Assembly (NCBI RefSeq): GCF_001194135.2 | Contig: NC_068983.1 | Coordinates: 103,013,169 to 103,077,168 of the forward strand | Direction of reading: 5' to 3' | DNA: 64,000 nt | DNA from: Octopus bimaculoides | Taxonomy: Eukaryota | Position numbers and translations under genes: made by a program | The notes under the pieces: model-generated | The model's database searches: none | What the model saw: the letters and a program-made list of their open reading frames with translations, nothing else | What the model was told of the DNA's origin: nothing | In this document: positions 51,372-63,627 of the stretch, piece by piece | Layout: every line of letters starts with the position of its first letter | How positions within the stretch are numbered: the stretch's first letter is position 1

Positions 51372-52265
51372 GGAACTGATAACCGAACATTCGTTTACTG
51401 GTGGTTTGTTTTCAGTTTCAATTTGAAAGTAGAGTGAACAGAAAATCAACTGTTGGTTTTCAATAATCGGTATGTATGTGTGTGTATATATATATATATN
51501 NNNNNNNNNNNNNNNNNNNNNNNNNNNNNNATATATTCCGAATTCATGAATAAAATAGTAAACTACTTTCAAAAGACATTAACTTTGGTGGGACCAGATA
51601 TTTAAATTACAACAAATCATTGACTCATGTACCTGATTATATTTGAAAAGTTTAGTCTGAACTCAAATCCATATATAAAATATACACAAACATGCTTACT
51701 AACTTAAAATATGAAACGACTTTAAAAAGAAAATGACAGAATTCATCATCAGTAAATAAGGGAGAACATACTTTTAAATTTGACAAATAACTTTCTACTT
51801 TGAGTTCATTTTTTTTCTATTTTCTTTTCTTTTATTTATTTATTTTTTTTTTGGTGCTTCAGAGATATTATTCAATTGATTTGTCCCTTGTGTAAAATCC
51901 CTATTCCATCATTATCCATGTATGGTTATAGACATTTTTCAAAGTGCAAATATTTCCTCCAAATACAAATTCTTGATTAGTTTATCAGTAAGTTCTCAAC
52001 AAAGCAACTTTACAGATTGAATATACTGGTTTTTGAAAGTAAAAGCGAAGTTTTTATTTTGAATTTACAAGAAAACAAAAGAGAAAAGCCTTACATTTCT
52101 TAGTATTTTAAATACAAGTGTTTTTTCTCACTCATTTCTCTTTTTGTTGTTGTTTATATGTAGGGAATCCTCACAGAGTTGGTGCAAACATCTGTCATAC
52201 AGATGTAATTTAATGTTTTATTATTATTTAAATTTGATTGTTTTTTATAACAAATAATTAGATGC

Positions 52266-52271
52266 AATAAA
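52266..52271 (+). other. Candidate polyadenylation signal for STX5
   Basis: AATAAA about 0.9 kb past the stop. Other AATAAA hexamers occur in this AT-rich UTR, so the assignment is uncertain. Confidence 0.3.
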
Positions 52272-54448
52272 AGGTTTCCAATAGAGCCATACCATTTTTA
52301 GAATAGCCTTAGCATTTTCAGAAAGACATCAACAACATACCATTTTATTCATTAGAAAGGACTGCATTATATGATGATTAAATTTTGAAAAGGGAGTCTG
52401 GTCTAATTTCAGTTACAAGCTAGAGTATCTTTATTATGAATCCAATGCCAAAAAGAAAATGCTACAGTTCATAAAATGACCACCTGTCTCTTTATTATTG
52501 TTGTTGTTGTTAGAGTTGCAGAAACAAGTGTACCTGACTAAATTCCTTGCAATATTTAGTTTGATATATATGAGCAAAAATTTGTCAGGGTTAACTTAGT
52601 TTTGCATTCCTTTATAGTTGATAAAACAAGCACCAGGTATGTACTGGTATTGATTCAGTACAAATTTGTAGGTTTGTGCTAATGTTTTTTTTTTGGGGGG
52701 GGGGGGGTAGCAACAGAAACAGTAGAGTGCCAAGCTAAAATACATAATGACATTTCATTTCATACCTCTACATTCAAAGTTCAAATTTCCCTGGGATTGT
52801 CTTTGTCTTTCATTGCACTGGAGTTTTCGAAATAAGCACCAGTCATTTACTGAGTGATTTCATTGACTTGCTCCCTCCTTGAAAAGTATGTGGTCTAGTG
52901 CTGCTAATATGAAATATTACTATTATTGTAGGTGTGTGTGTGGTGGGTAGGAATAAGATTTTGGAAAGCCTATTCCTAAATGTTGTTTTTGTTGTCAATT
53001 AGAAACATTTTATTGATAAGCCATGAATGCCACATTTCCATATTCCTGTATGTCTTTAAATCAGAAACTTTCTACCTATAGGTACAATATTACTGATTTA
53101 AGGTACTGTATTCTTGGACTTTGTCCTTTAAGTCAATATCTATAGCAGATATTGAGTTTTACCTTTGAGAACAGTATCTATGCTTGCCAAAGGTTCCATG
53201 CTTAGCAAATATGCAAGATGGCTGTGTGGATTAAGCATTGAAGAACCTGCTTCAAGGTTGTGAGTTCCAATTCAGTGATAATGTTACCTTCTATAGCTTG
53301 GCGTGCTATCCAGAGGAAAGATTTTATACACCACTTGCTAAAAGATATAAAACAAGAGCTAAGTATGAACAGTCATATTTTTCTCATGCATTTACCTAAA
53401 ATACGTTTAGCAAATAAATAGATTAGACTTCTATTGCATGTTAGATGTTTGTGTTCAGTTGCAAACATTGTTGGGTGTTTCTTGACAAGACACTTAAGTA
53501 GTTTCATGCCTTATATATAATATTATTATTATTGAAGGTAGTGGATGGCAGAATTGGTAAAACACTGAACAGATGGCTTGTGACATTTTCTTTGTATTCT
53601 GATGTAAAATCTTACACCAGTATTAACCTTAGCTTTCAACTTTTGGGGATCTATGAAATAACTACCAGTGAAGTACTGGATCAAGTTGACAGAACCTCTT
53701 TTGAAACATGTGGCCTTAAGTCAATGTTAGAAATTATTATTGCATTTGTGAATGAACAAATTGAGAGAAAATTGGATAAAAAGAACACTTTAGTCTTGTT
53801 GGTAGTAAGACAAACTTTCTGGTGTTGGTGTTTGTTATGATATGGGTATACATGTCTGGTGTAGAATGGTATTACACGAATAAATGGTTATTGTTATCTA
53901 AAAATAACCTAACACAGAATGCAGTCTGTACTACTTGAACATAGTTTCAATACTCAGTATTCACTGTTCAACTACCAATTGTTAAGCCAACATGGTCGAA
54001 CTAACACCATCAGCTACCCACACTGACAGTCCACTCAGTTCTTATTTATTGTAATCAGTTAGTCTACCTTCAGTCACGTGGAGGTGTTCAGAATTCTCCC
54101 ATAACAGTGTTACAATAAAACACACACCCAGTACACTCTGTAAAATGATTCAAAAAGGAACAGTGGCAATGTAGGGAGGACTTTGTCACCTTGATGGAGA
54201 CAAAGCAACCTTAGTACTGAATGCATCCTGTCCACTCTGTAAAGTTGTTGGCATTGTGACTGTGTAAGCTAGAGCAAACTCTTTAATCTGGCTAGAGACA
54301 AAGTAACCTCATTGTAATGATACCACAATAAAATGTATCCTGTATACTCTGTCAAGTGATTGGTAAACAAATGGAGACAGCACTGGACAACAAAAAATCT
54401 TTAATTTTATTGTGGTCAATACTTATGTCACAATAAATATTATTATTA

Positions 54449-54480
<32 letters not shown>

Positions 54481-54484
54481 GTTA

Positions 54485-55800
54485 AATTCTGTTGAGATTG
54501 ACTTTACCTTTCAGGGTTGATAAATTAAGTACTGTTGAGTACTGGGATTGGTGTAATCAACTTAACCCTCCTCTAAAATTTCAGGCCTTGTTCCTTTAGT
54601 AGAAAGGATTATTATTATTGTTATCATTATTATGATTACTATTATTACGATAGTGAAGACATTGGATAATTAGTCATAAAGACAATGTGTATGAAAATAA
54701 AATAAGGTGAGATGATCACAACTGGATTACCTTTCATCATTGGTCTGCTTGATGAGAGTTCATCTAGGGCATAAAAAGGGAACACATTGGGTAATATAGT
54801 CCCAGATACTGTATACAATCCTTCATTATAGTCATATGAATTCGAGTACTTTAAAGTGTTTGACGTCCTGCTATTCTGAGTTTAAATTACTGTAGGATAA
54901 ATTTTGCATCTTCATCCATTGGGAATCAACAAAATTAGAACCAATAAGGTTGCAGAATCAATTTAATCATTTATAATTCCTCACCAAGATAAAAGTCATT
55001 ATTGGAAGAATTGGAGATGGCGAACTGACAAAGTCATTAGCATGCTAGACAAAATGCTTAGTGGCATTTTTCCATCTATACATTCTGAGTTCTAATGCTG
55101 CTGGGGTTAGCTTTGCCTTTCATCCTTTTGAGGTTGATAAAATAAGTAGCAGTTGAATATTAAAGTAATCGACTTCGCCTCTTCCCATGAAACTGCTAGC
55201 CATGTGCCAAAATTTGAAATTATTATTAGAAGAATTTAAGGTGTTGAGCTGGCAGAACTGTTAGTGCAAACAAAGTGCTTTGTAGTATTTCTTCCAACTC
55301 ACTACATTCTAAGGTCAACTTTGCCATTTATCCTTTCGGGTTCAATAAAATAAGTACCAGCTGGGCACTAGGGTCAATATAATCAACTTAGCCCTTCCTG
55401 TAAAGATTGCTTGCTTTATGCCAAAATTTAAAACCTTTATGAGTAGAATCAGTGGCATGTCAGACAAAATACCTTTCGTTGTTTTGATACATTCTAAGAT
55501 CCTAATTCTACCAAAGTCGACTTTACCTTTCATCCATCTAGGGTTGGTAAAATAGATGGCAATATTAAAGTGGAGTCAAAAGCAGTGTGTTGGCAGAATT
55601 GTCAACACACTGGGCAAAATGCTTAGCGGCATTTTGTCTTTCTTTATGTTTTGAGTTCAAATTCTGCAGAGGTCTACTTAGCTTTCATCCTTTTGGGGTT
55701 AATAAAATAAGTACCAGTTGAAAATTGGGGCTGATCTAATCGACCTGTCCCCTCTCCTGGAATTGCTGACCTTGTGCCAAAATTTGAAATCAATATTATA
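54485..55800 (+). mobile_element. Cluster of about 6 SINE family C copies/fragments, mostly +, one inverted (~55433-55555)
   Basis: Repeated tctgagttcaaatt...gactttgcctttcatccttt.gg..tgataaaataagtacc modules at ~54490, 54870, 55020, 55245 and 55595; reverse-complement module at 55433-55555. Confidence 0.8.
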
Positions 55801-56299
55801 GTGGAGTCAATGTAGTTGACTGTGCCTTCTTTTGTGCCTAAAGAAGAAATCATTATTAGAGCATGTAAGTACAGTGATGGATTGGCAGAGTCACACCCCT
55901 ATTCACTTCACATCATCTTTGCTGCCATCTGTTACCTCCCTGACTTACACCTTCTTCCTCTTCCTTACCTTCCAACTGATATTCAGAATTGACTTTGCCT
56001 CTGTTGTGTCCATTATTCATTGCATCTCCCTCTATTCACCTGCCATTCACCTCTCTCGGAACTTAATTACCTACCCTTGCCACTTCCCTTTATTCACCTT
56101 CCTGTAACTTGCGGGTACACTTTGATACATTTTCCCCACCATTCTCCTTCTCTTCCAACTGAGGCTGGCACATGTTCCTGTCTCCCTATCATTTTTGACC
56201 ACCCATCACCTGACTTAAAGCCATTTCCCTTAATACTATTCCCCACTCCCTCTGTTGAGGGGTTTTGTTTTACAACTACTCAGTAACTTCAATAGTGCT

Positions 56300-56452
56300 G
56301 ACACTGTAAAGTGGTTGGTGTTAAGAAGGACATCCAGCTTTAGAAAACATGCCAATGTAGTCATTGGAGCTTGATGCAGGTCTCTGGCTCACCAGCTCCT
56401 GTTGAAACATACAACCCATGCTAGCATAGAGAGCATGTTAAATGATGATGAA
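56300..56452 (+). mobile_element. RTE-type short element, family B tail
   Basis: gttggtgttaagaaggacatccagc...aacccatgctagcatag...gttaaatgatgatg. Confidence 0.65.
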
Positions 56453-56697
56453 TAGAACGTTAAATGGTATTTGCTATATTTGGTCTGGCTCTTTACAGTT
56501 TCCTTTTTCTCCAAATTTCTGGACTTGTACCTGCTTTGCTAATCATTATTAGAGCTTTTAAGTTGATGTGGACGGCAGAAAATTTCCACACTGGGTCTTT
56601 TCTATTATCAACCATTCTAGACCATATAAAATCAGTATATCAGTTGTTGTTTAGCCTAAAGTTGGCTCTCCTTTTACTAGACTGTATGTGTCTAGAC

Positions 56698-57110
56698 AAA
56701 GGTGTAGCTGTGTGGTAAGAAGTTCGCTTCCCAGCCACATGATTCCAGGTTCGGTTCCGAGGCATGGAACTTTGGGTAGGTATCTTCAATTATAGCTCCA
56801 GGCCAACCAAAGCCTTGTGAGTGGATTTGGTTGACCAGAAACTGAAAGAAGCCCATCGTGTGCTATATATGTGTGTGTGTGTGTGTGTCTCCTTGTCTTG
56901 ACATCGTATGATAGTAGTAAATGAGTGTCACTGTCAAACAAGCAGTTTCATTCATTTCCAGTGTTCTTCAAGAACATGTCTGGCCATGGAAATCAGTGAG
57001 AGTCGTCAAGAGAAAGGGCATCTGACTGTAGAAAGTTTGCCTCAAATAAACTCTGTCCAACCCATGCAAGCATGGAAAAGTGGATGATAAATGATGTTGA
57101 TGATGAAGAT
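56698..57110 (+). mobile_element. SINE with family A head and family B-like (GAT)n tail
   Basis: gtagctgtgtggtaagaagttcgcttcccagccacatg...gaaactgaaagaagccc...ccatgcaagcatggaaaagtggatgataaatgatgttgatgatg. Confidence 0.75.
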
Positions 57111-57384
57111 GAGTGTATCACAGATTACATTATCCAATGTATCTTTCCTTTTTTTTTAAAGATGGTAGTGTGTGATTCGAGGGAGATTTAGTTGCTATCC
57201 CTTGTTGGTCAAGTGGTCATATAAAGGTTTCCTTCTTGGTTTGAATAAATACCTCTAATATACTGAAGTCTGTTGAAACCAGTGTCTCCTTCTTCATAAA
57301 ATTTTATATTGAAATACCAACTTTAATGTCGAATGTTCATTTGTTTACATACTATAATGTATGATTACATACAATAATGAGTGT

Positions 57385-57665
57385 TGAACACATAATCATG
57401 AAGTTTGATTCCCAATCTGGGCTGTATGTCGTGTTCTTGAATAAGACACTTTATTTCACGTTGCTCCAATTCACTCAGCTGTAGAAATGAGTTGTGACAT
57501 CACTGGTGCCAAGCTGTACCGGCCTTTGCCTTTCTGTTGAATAATATTAGTAGTGTGGAGTGGGAAAACTGCTTGTCTTCCATTAACAACCTTGCCCGAA
57601 CTTGTGCATTGGAGGGTAACTTTCTTGGTGCAATCCCATGATCTTTCATGACCAAAGGGGCTCTT
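57385..57665 (+). mobile_element. SINE family D
   Basis: gtttgattcccaatctgggctgtatgtcgtgttcttgaataagacactttatttcacgttgctccaattcactcagctgtagaaatgag. Confidence 0.8.
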
Positions 57666-57679
57666 AATATGTTGCTTTC

Positions 57680-57875
57680 AAATTTTCGCACATGGCCAGT
57701 AATTTTTGAGGGGAGGGCATGTCTACATCGATCCATGTGCTCAATTGGTACTTATTTTATCGACTCTGAAAGGATGAGAGGCAAAGTTGAAATTTGAACT
57801 CAAAACGCAAAGTCAGATGAAATGCTGCTATGCATTTCACCCTGTGTACTAATAATTCTGCCAGCTCACCACCTT
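57680..57875 (-). mobile_element. SINE family C
   Basis: tggtacttattttatcgactctgaaaggatgagaggcaaagttg. Confidence 0.75.
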
Positions 57876-59436
57876 ATGTTAAACAATATGTTAAAACTCA
57901 GTGACCTATAACAAAATTTCTGGGAAGTATCTTACTTTAATTTTTTGATAACTGCCAACAGTTGATCCTTTAGTTACAGCATCATGTGTATAATATTTTG
58001 GATATATATTTGCTAAATTTAGATCAAGTGGTTGATTCTGGTTGTAATCATTAATATTAAATTTCAGTTATTGATGTAAACTTCCATTATTTGATTTAAC
58101 ATCACCATCTGATCTGTGGGTGCCTTTAGCAAAGTCTACATTGTTTTAAGCATTTGAACCAGATTTCCAGCTTCTTCCTCCCTCTCCACCTTTCTGCCAG
58201 CCCCAGAACCCCTACAAAAACATCATAGGTGTTGCTCTTCTTTCTCTAGTTAAGCCATTTTCTTAAACATAAAAACTGTTATAATGGCTTTAAGGCCATC
58301 ATGCATGCAGAAGCCAAATAACGTATAAGACAGATTCTAGTGTACTAATTTCATTGCTTGTATGTTACTGAATGAGATAAACCTCACTGCTAGTTTCACA
58401 ATGTTCTGTTTGTTTTATGTACTGTTTCCAGTAATCCTTCTCTTCTTTCACCCCATCATAGAATATGAGATAAGCTCCAACAGGCAAAAAGTCTGCAGCA
58501 ACCTGATTCTAGTTCTACCAACTGTAGTCTCTTCACTTAACCCACACAACTAACAACCATGGGAGAGGCATGAATATTACAACTTCCCTTTCTTCTTTTG
58601 AAACCATTGAGCCTAACTGGACATTGACAAACACCACTAATAATGAACAGTAAAGTAATCAGCAGTATCACACCAGTGTGCTGGGAGGAATGGGTATAAA
58701 GGAGAAAAAGAGTATCCTGCTTCTTTTTATTCTATCACTGTGTGGACAGCAACATTCTAAAGAAGAATATTTAAAATTGTGCAAAGTCTGTTTTCTGATA
58801 TCTGTAGGGAAACTGGCTTTACTATTGTTTCCAAAATATCTATGATTTCTTTGTTTCTTTTGTTAATTATATAGAGAAAGGGTAAAAAAAAATTTGTTTC
58901 AGTTAAACACTGAACAAAATTGTAAAATACCAGAGATATATATAATGTTTTTTCCTTTTTCTTTTATAGCCAGGGTCTTCTTTGAATAATCTCATAGAAA
59001 TTAAATTCTTGTAGAATGTCAGGGAACTATTTAACCATTATGATTATTCGTAAAAATAATTTTTATTATGGAAATATAAAATAAATACATTGGCAGTTAA
59101 GCTTTTCAAATTTATTTTAGAAAGAAATCCAACTTTACTAAGTATAAATATATTTTCAAAATATATTGAGATTTTTAATGGGTTTTTTCTTGAATTTTTA
59201 AAATTTAACCCTTTTGATACCAATATATCTGAGACTGCCATCTATACAGGTGTATATGTGTGTGTGTGTGTGTGTATAGCCTGTTGACAGGAAAGTTACT
59301 TTTGTTTTCGTCTGAGTTAATTTGATTGACATCAGTGTATGTACATTAAGTATGATACGTAGATGCTATTTTAATTTAATGTTGCATCACTCCATGTGTA
59401 TACATGTATATGTGTGTGTGTGTGTATGTATGCCTG

Positions 59437-59479
<43 letters not shown>

Positions 59480-59511
59480 NNNNNNNNNNACACACACACA
59501 CACACGAACAT

Positions 59512-59550
<39 letters not shown>

Positions 59551-60311
59551 TGCATGTATGCATTTATAATTGCAGAGAACTTACTGGGATTTTCCTGCTT
59601 TATATGATTAAAAAAATGTTTGGAAAACACTTTTCCTTTTTATCTTTCTCTCTCTCCCTCTCCTTAAAACTAAATAAGTTTGCCATGTTTGTAAAGAATA
59701 TAAAACATATTTGTGTATTCAATATTTATATATGAAATATATACATATATTATATACTTCATGTCTTCCCCCGCCCCCCCATATTGAAGAAAAACTGATT
59801 TCTAGAGGACATCACTGTCTGTGATATCTGTAAAGATAAAATGGTGATTTAAGCAAAACATCAGTTTTATAGATGGACAACAATCACCATTGGGAGATCT
59901 ATTTTGATATAGATGCCAATCTCTTCAGAAATGATCTGAAAGAAAACAGGCAAGAAGAAGAAGAAAAAAAAAATGTTGCATCTTTCTCTACATCCATGTC
60001 TGGCTGGCTGAATGTATATTTTATTAACTGTGATATCTTAATGTTGCAAGCTATTCAAGAAGACACAAGCAAGATTGCAGAATAAAGTTTTGTGAATACA
60101 TATAATGTTCTAACACTTCTTGTGTAAAGCCTTATTTTTTTTTTTGTCCTTTTGTTATATTTTTTCCTTTTCTTTCTTTCTTTATTCTCTTCTACTCCAT
60201 TCTTTGTGATAATGCCATTGTTTAGCCCTAGGTCAACCCTACTTGATTAATCAAAAGAATTCAAGTCCAAGATCATCTTTTTTTAAAGTAATGTATCAAA
60301 GGATTAGAAAA

Positions 60312-60463
60312 AAAGTTGTGTGGTAAGAAGTTTGCTTCCCTATCCCATGGTTCTGGGTTCAGTCCCACTTCATGGCACCTTGGGCAAGTGTCTCCTACTG
60401 TAGCTTTGGACCAACGAAAGCTTTGTGAGTGGATTTGGTCAATGGAAACTGAAAGAAGCCTGT

Positions 60464-60498
<35 letters not shown>

Positions 60499-60712
60499 CT
60501 ATGTTTGTCCCCTACCACCACTTGACAACTGGTGTTGTTGTGTTTATGTCCTTGTAACTTAGCAGTTCAGCAAAAGACAATGATAGAATAAGTATCAGGC
60601 TTAAAAGAAAATAAGTACTAGTGTTGATTAGTCTGACTAAAATTTCTCAAGGCAGTGCTCCAGCATGGCTGAAGTTTAATGACTGAAACAAGTAAAAGAT
60701 TAAAGAAAAAAT
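60312..60712 (+). mobile_element. SINE family A
   Basis: gtgtggtaagaagtttgcttccc...gggttcagtcccact...gtgctccagcatggctg...tgactgaaacaagtaaaagattaaag. Confidence 0.85.
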
Positions 60713-60959
60713 ATAAAAGCAGAGCCTAGTACAGTGATAGCAGATCTTTTAGTCCAGTATGTTGCAATTTCAATTCCTCTAATGATTTTGTTTTTGGAGT
60801 ATGAATTATAAGTATGCAAGAATTTTAGTTGTAGATAAGCTTTTTATAGTATGATATTACTGGGAGATTTTTTTTTTCTTTCAAAGACCATTGTATGTGA
60901 CCCAAAATTCCAAAATGTGTCATTGTTGACATGCATGTTCATGGTTTGCCATCACCGAT

Positions 60960-61510
60960 CTAGAATCATGAGGTCTAAAGGTGAACCTAACAAAGGCAGA
61001 AATCTAAGCAAGAAAACATGGAGAACTTCACCACCATCTGGGAAGTGGCCATGCACAACAAGCAGGAAAGCAAACGGTTGGTAGGAAATCTATATTGTGT
61101 ACCTAATGCAACTGTGAAAACCATGGATGCACAAGATATACAGTAGGATTGCAGGTATTGGTAGAGGACTTTGTAACAGATGCAAAATAAATGCATACAT
61201 GAAATGAATTCATTCAAATGCCAGAAATCTTTCCAGAGGTAAGCTGACAGCATCAGCTACCTTGCAGTTGGAGTGGGTCTTCTAAGAGCATAATAGCTAA
61301 AGTAAGAACAGTAAAAATGTTCAATGCTCTATTACTACCGCTGGTATCAAAAATTCTCTCTGAAAGAGCAGATTATATGATGCTTGTGTACAAAGTGTGA
61401 TAGTGAAGGTTAGTAAAACATAGGTAGTGATTACAGAGGACATAGAAAGGCTAGAAAGAAATTGTATGTGTGTGCTCCACTGGATGTGTTATTTAATGTT
61501 AGTACGAACA
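60960..61510 (+). mobile_element. Decayed RTE LINE reverse transcriptase fragment
   Basis: Remnants SKG..VNLTK, PPSGKWPC (Cys-rich insert), YDACVQS and TEDIERLERN..LHWMC resemble RTE RT domain 7 and downstream motifs. Frameshifted. Confidence 0.65.
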
Positions 61511-62599
61511 GGGATCAGCTGTAATCTGCAAAAGGGAAGGCCATGCTATTTACAGATCTTAAACATTTGACAGATAAAAGTTGAGCAAAGAAATCCGAAT
61601 GGAAGGGATCTGTGGAAGTAGAAGATGGGTTAAAGTCTGATCTCTGAATCTGGACCTCGTGAAAGAGGTAGCAAGTGGCAAGGTACTGTACTGGAGAAAA
61701 CCTGCCTAAAGCATGCAAACCTGGAAACAAATGTAAAAGGATGGTAATGATCACAACCAAAAAATACAAAAAAGTATAACTCATCAATAATAAAATTATA
61801 AAATACAATTGTAATTGATTAGCTCAAATGGTGATTTGCTGACTGAAGGATCCAGATGTGCCAACCTAACTACAGGTATGTTTTTTTTTTTAATTTGCTT
61901 GTTGTATGATTGCCTATTTTAGCTGATCAGGCAACCATATACAAGGTGCTTGTGCCATATGAAGCAGGATTCAATTTTTTGTTTTGTCAAAATGTGTGTG
62001 TGTGTGTGTATACACACACATACCGACTTTATGATTAAGTGTTTAGCTGTGGAAAGGATTTCCCCTTCAACACCATCAGCTACATATTCATTTCCTATGC
62101 TGACATTAGTTACTCATTGTGTAGTTTCTTTCCATGAATCATGGTCTTGTGTCATTACTACATGAGGTTACTACCTTGTAAAGTTGACTGCTCAGACAGT
62201 TTACAAAAACACTGTAACACAAATTTTGTTCTTGGATAGCACCTGGTATTTCCTCTTTGCTTATCCCTAGAATCTATGGAAAATGGCTTACGTTTCCTTC
62301 AAACTTTGCTTTTGTTACATTTATTCAAATCCCAAAGAATCCCTCTCAACACATGGTTATGATGCTCCCCACTACTCCTCATTATCAGTGACACACATAT
62401 TGTCAGTCACTAAGTGGTTAAGGTCAAGCAACTGACAAGCAGATCTGTGGTATTGAGCAGAATATTTGCTATAATGATATTTTTGCTTCAGCAACTCAAC
62501 ACTGGATCTGTCTGAAATCATCATCATCATCGTTTAANNNNNNNNNNGCAGAATATTTGCTATAATGATATTTTTGCTTCAGCAACTCAACACTGGATC

Positions 62600-62790
62600 T
62601 GTCTGAAATCATCATCATCATCGTTTAACGTCCACTTTCCATGCTAGCATGGGTTGGACAATTTGACTGAAGGCTAGAAAGCCAGAAGGCTGCACCAGGC
62701 TCCAATCTGATCTGGCAGAGTTTCTACAGCTGGATGCCCTTCCTAACGCCAACCACTCCGAGAGTGTAGTGGGTGCTTTTATATGCCGGT
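62600..62790 (-). mobile_element. RTE-type short element, family B
   Basis: catcatcatcgtttaacgtccactttccatgctagcatggg...ggatgcccttcctaacgccaacc. Confidence 0.8.
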
Positions 62791-62999
62791 CACAAAAGCA
62801 AAGTTTGAAAAGAATAGTAGTCATTTCCTTTGATTTCTAAATAGAAGCAAATAAGAAATAACACCTACTGACCAATGACAGATTAAAATGAAAAATTTTG
62901 TTACACAGTGTAATTATCTAACACATGCTTGCAAAGAAAAGTATTTTAAACACAGTTTTTAAAAACTTATCTAAATGTATTATTGGTTTCAATAGAGTG

Positions 63000-63615
63000 G
63001 CAGATAAAATGTGTAACAGCATTTCTTCTAGGTCTGTTACATTCTGAGTTCAAATTCCATCGAGGCCAACTTTACCTTTCATTTCAAGGCTGAGGGCAAT
63101 AGATTGTAAAATTGTTAACAGAGCATGTGTAAAGAATGCTTTGCAGTATTTGTTCTGGCTCTTTATGTTCTGAGATAAAATCCCATTGGGATCAACTGAC
63201 AACCTGTCTTCAAAATTGCTGAGCTAGCAGAACTGTTAAAGCAAAAAAAAAAAAAAAAAAAAAAAAAAGTTGTGTTGCGTTGTTTATTCTAGTTTTTCAT
63301 CTTTCCTGGGTCAATAAAATAAAGTACCACACAAATAATGGGGTGGATGATATCAACTCCCTCTCCTAAAAATTGCTGGTCTTGCACCTAAATCAGAAAT
63401 TATTATTATTATTATTATTATTAATAAGGCAAGGTGGCAGAATCATTAGCATGCTGGGTAAAATGCTTAGCAGCATTTCGTCTGTCTTTATGTTCTGAGT
63501 TCAAATTCCACTGAGGTCAACCTTGTCTTTCATCCTTTCAGGGTTGATGAAATAAGTGTAATCAACTTAGACTCTCCACTGAAATTGCTGGCTTATGCCT
63601 TTAGTAGAAAGGAAT
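63000..63615 (+). mobile_element. Cluster of SINE family C copies
   Basis: Modules at ~63000, 63130, 63215 and 63430, each with tctgagttcaaattcc...tttcatcctt; (ATT)n tails. Confidence 0.75.
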
Positions 63616-63627
63616 ATTATTATTATT

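Noticed and set aside
62458-62627. 80-bp direct repeat around a 10-N gap
   Set aside because: Exact duplication across a scaffolding gap; assembly artefact.
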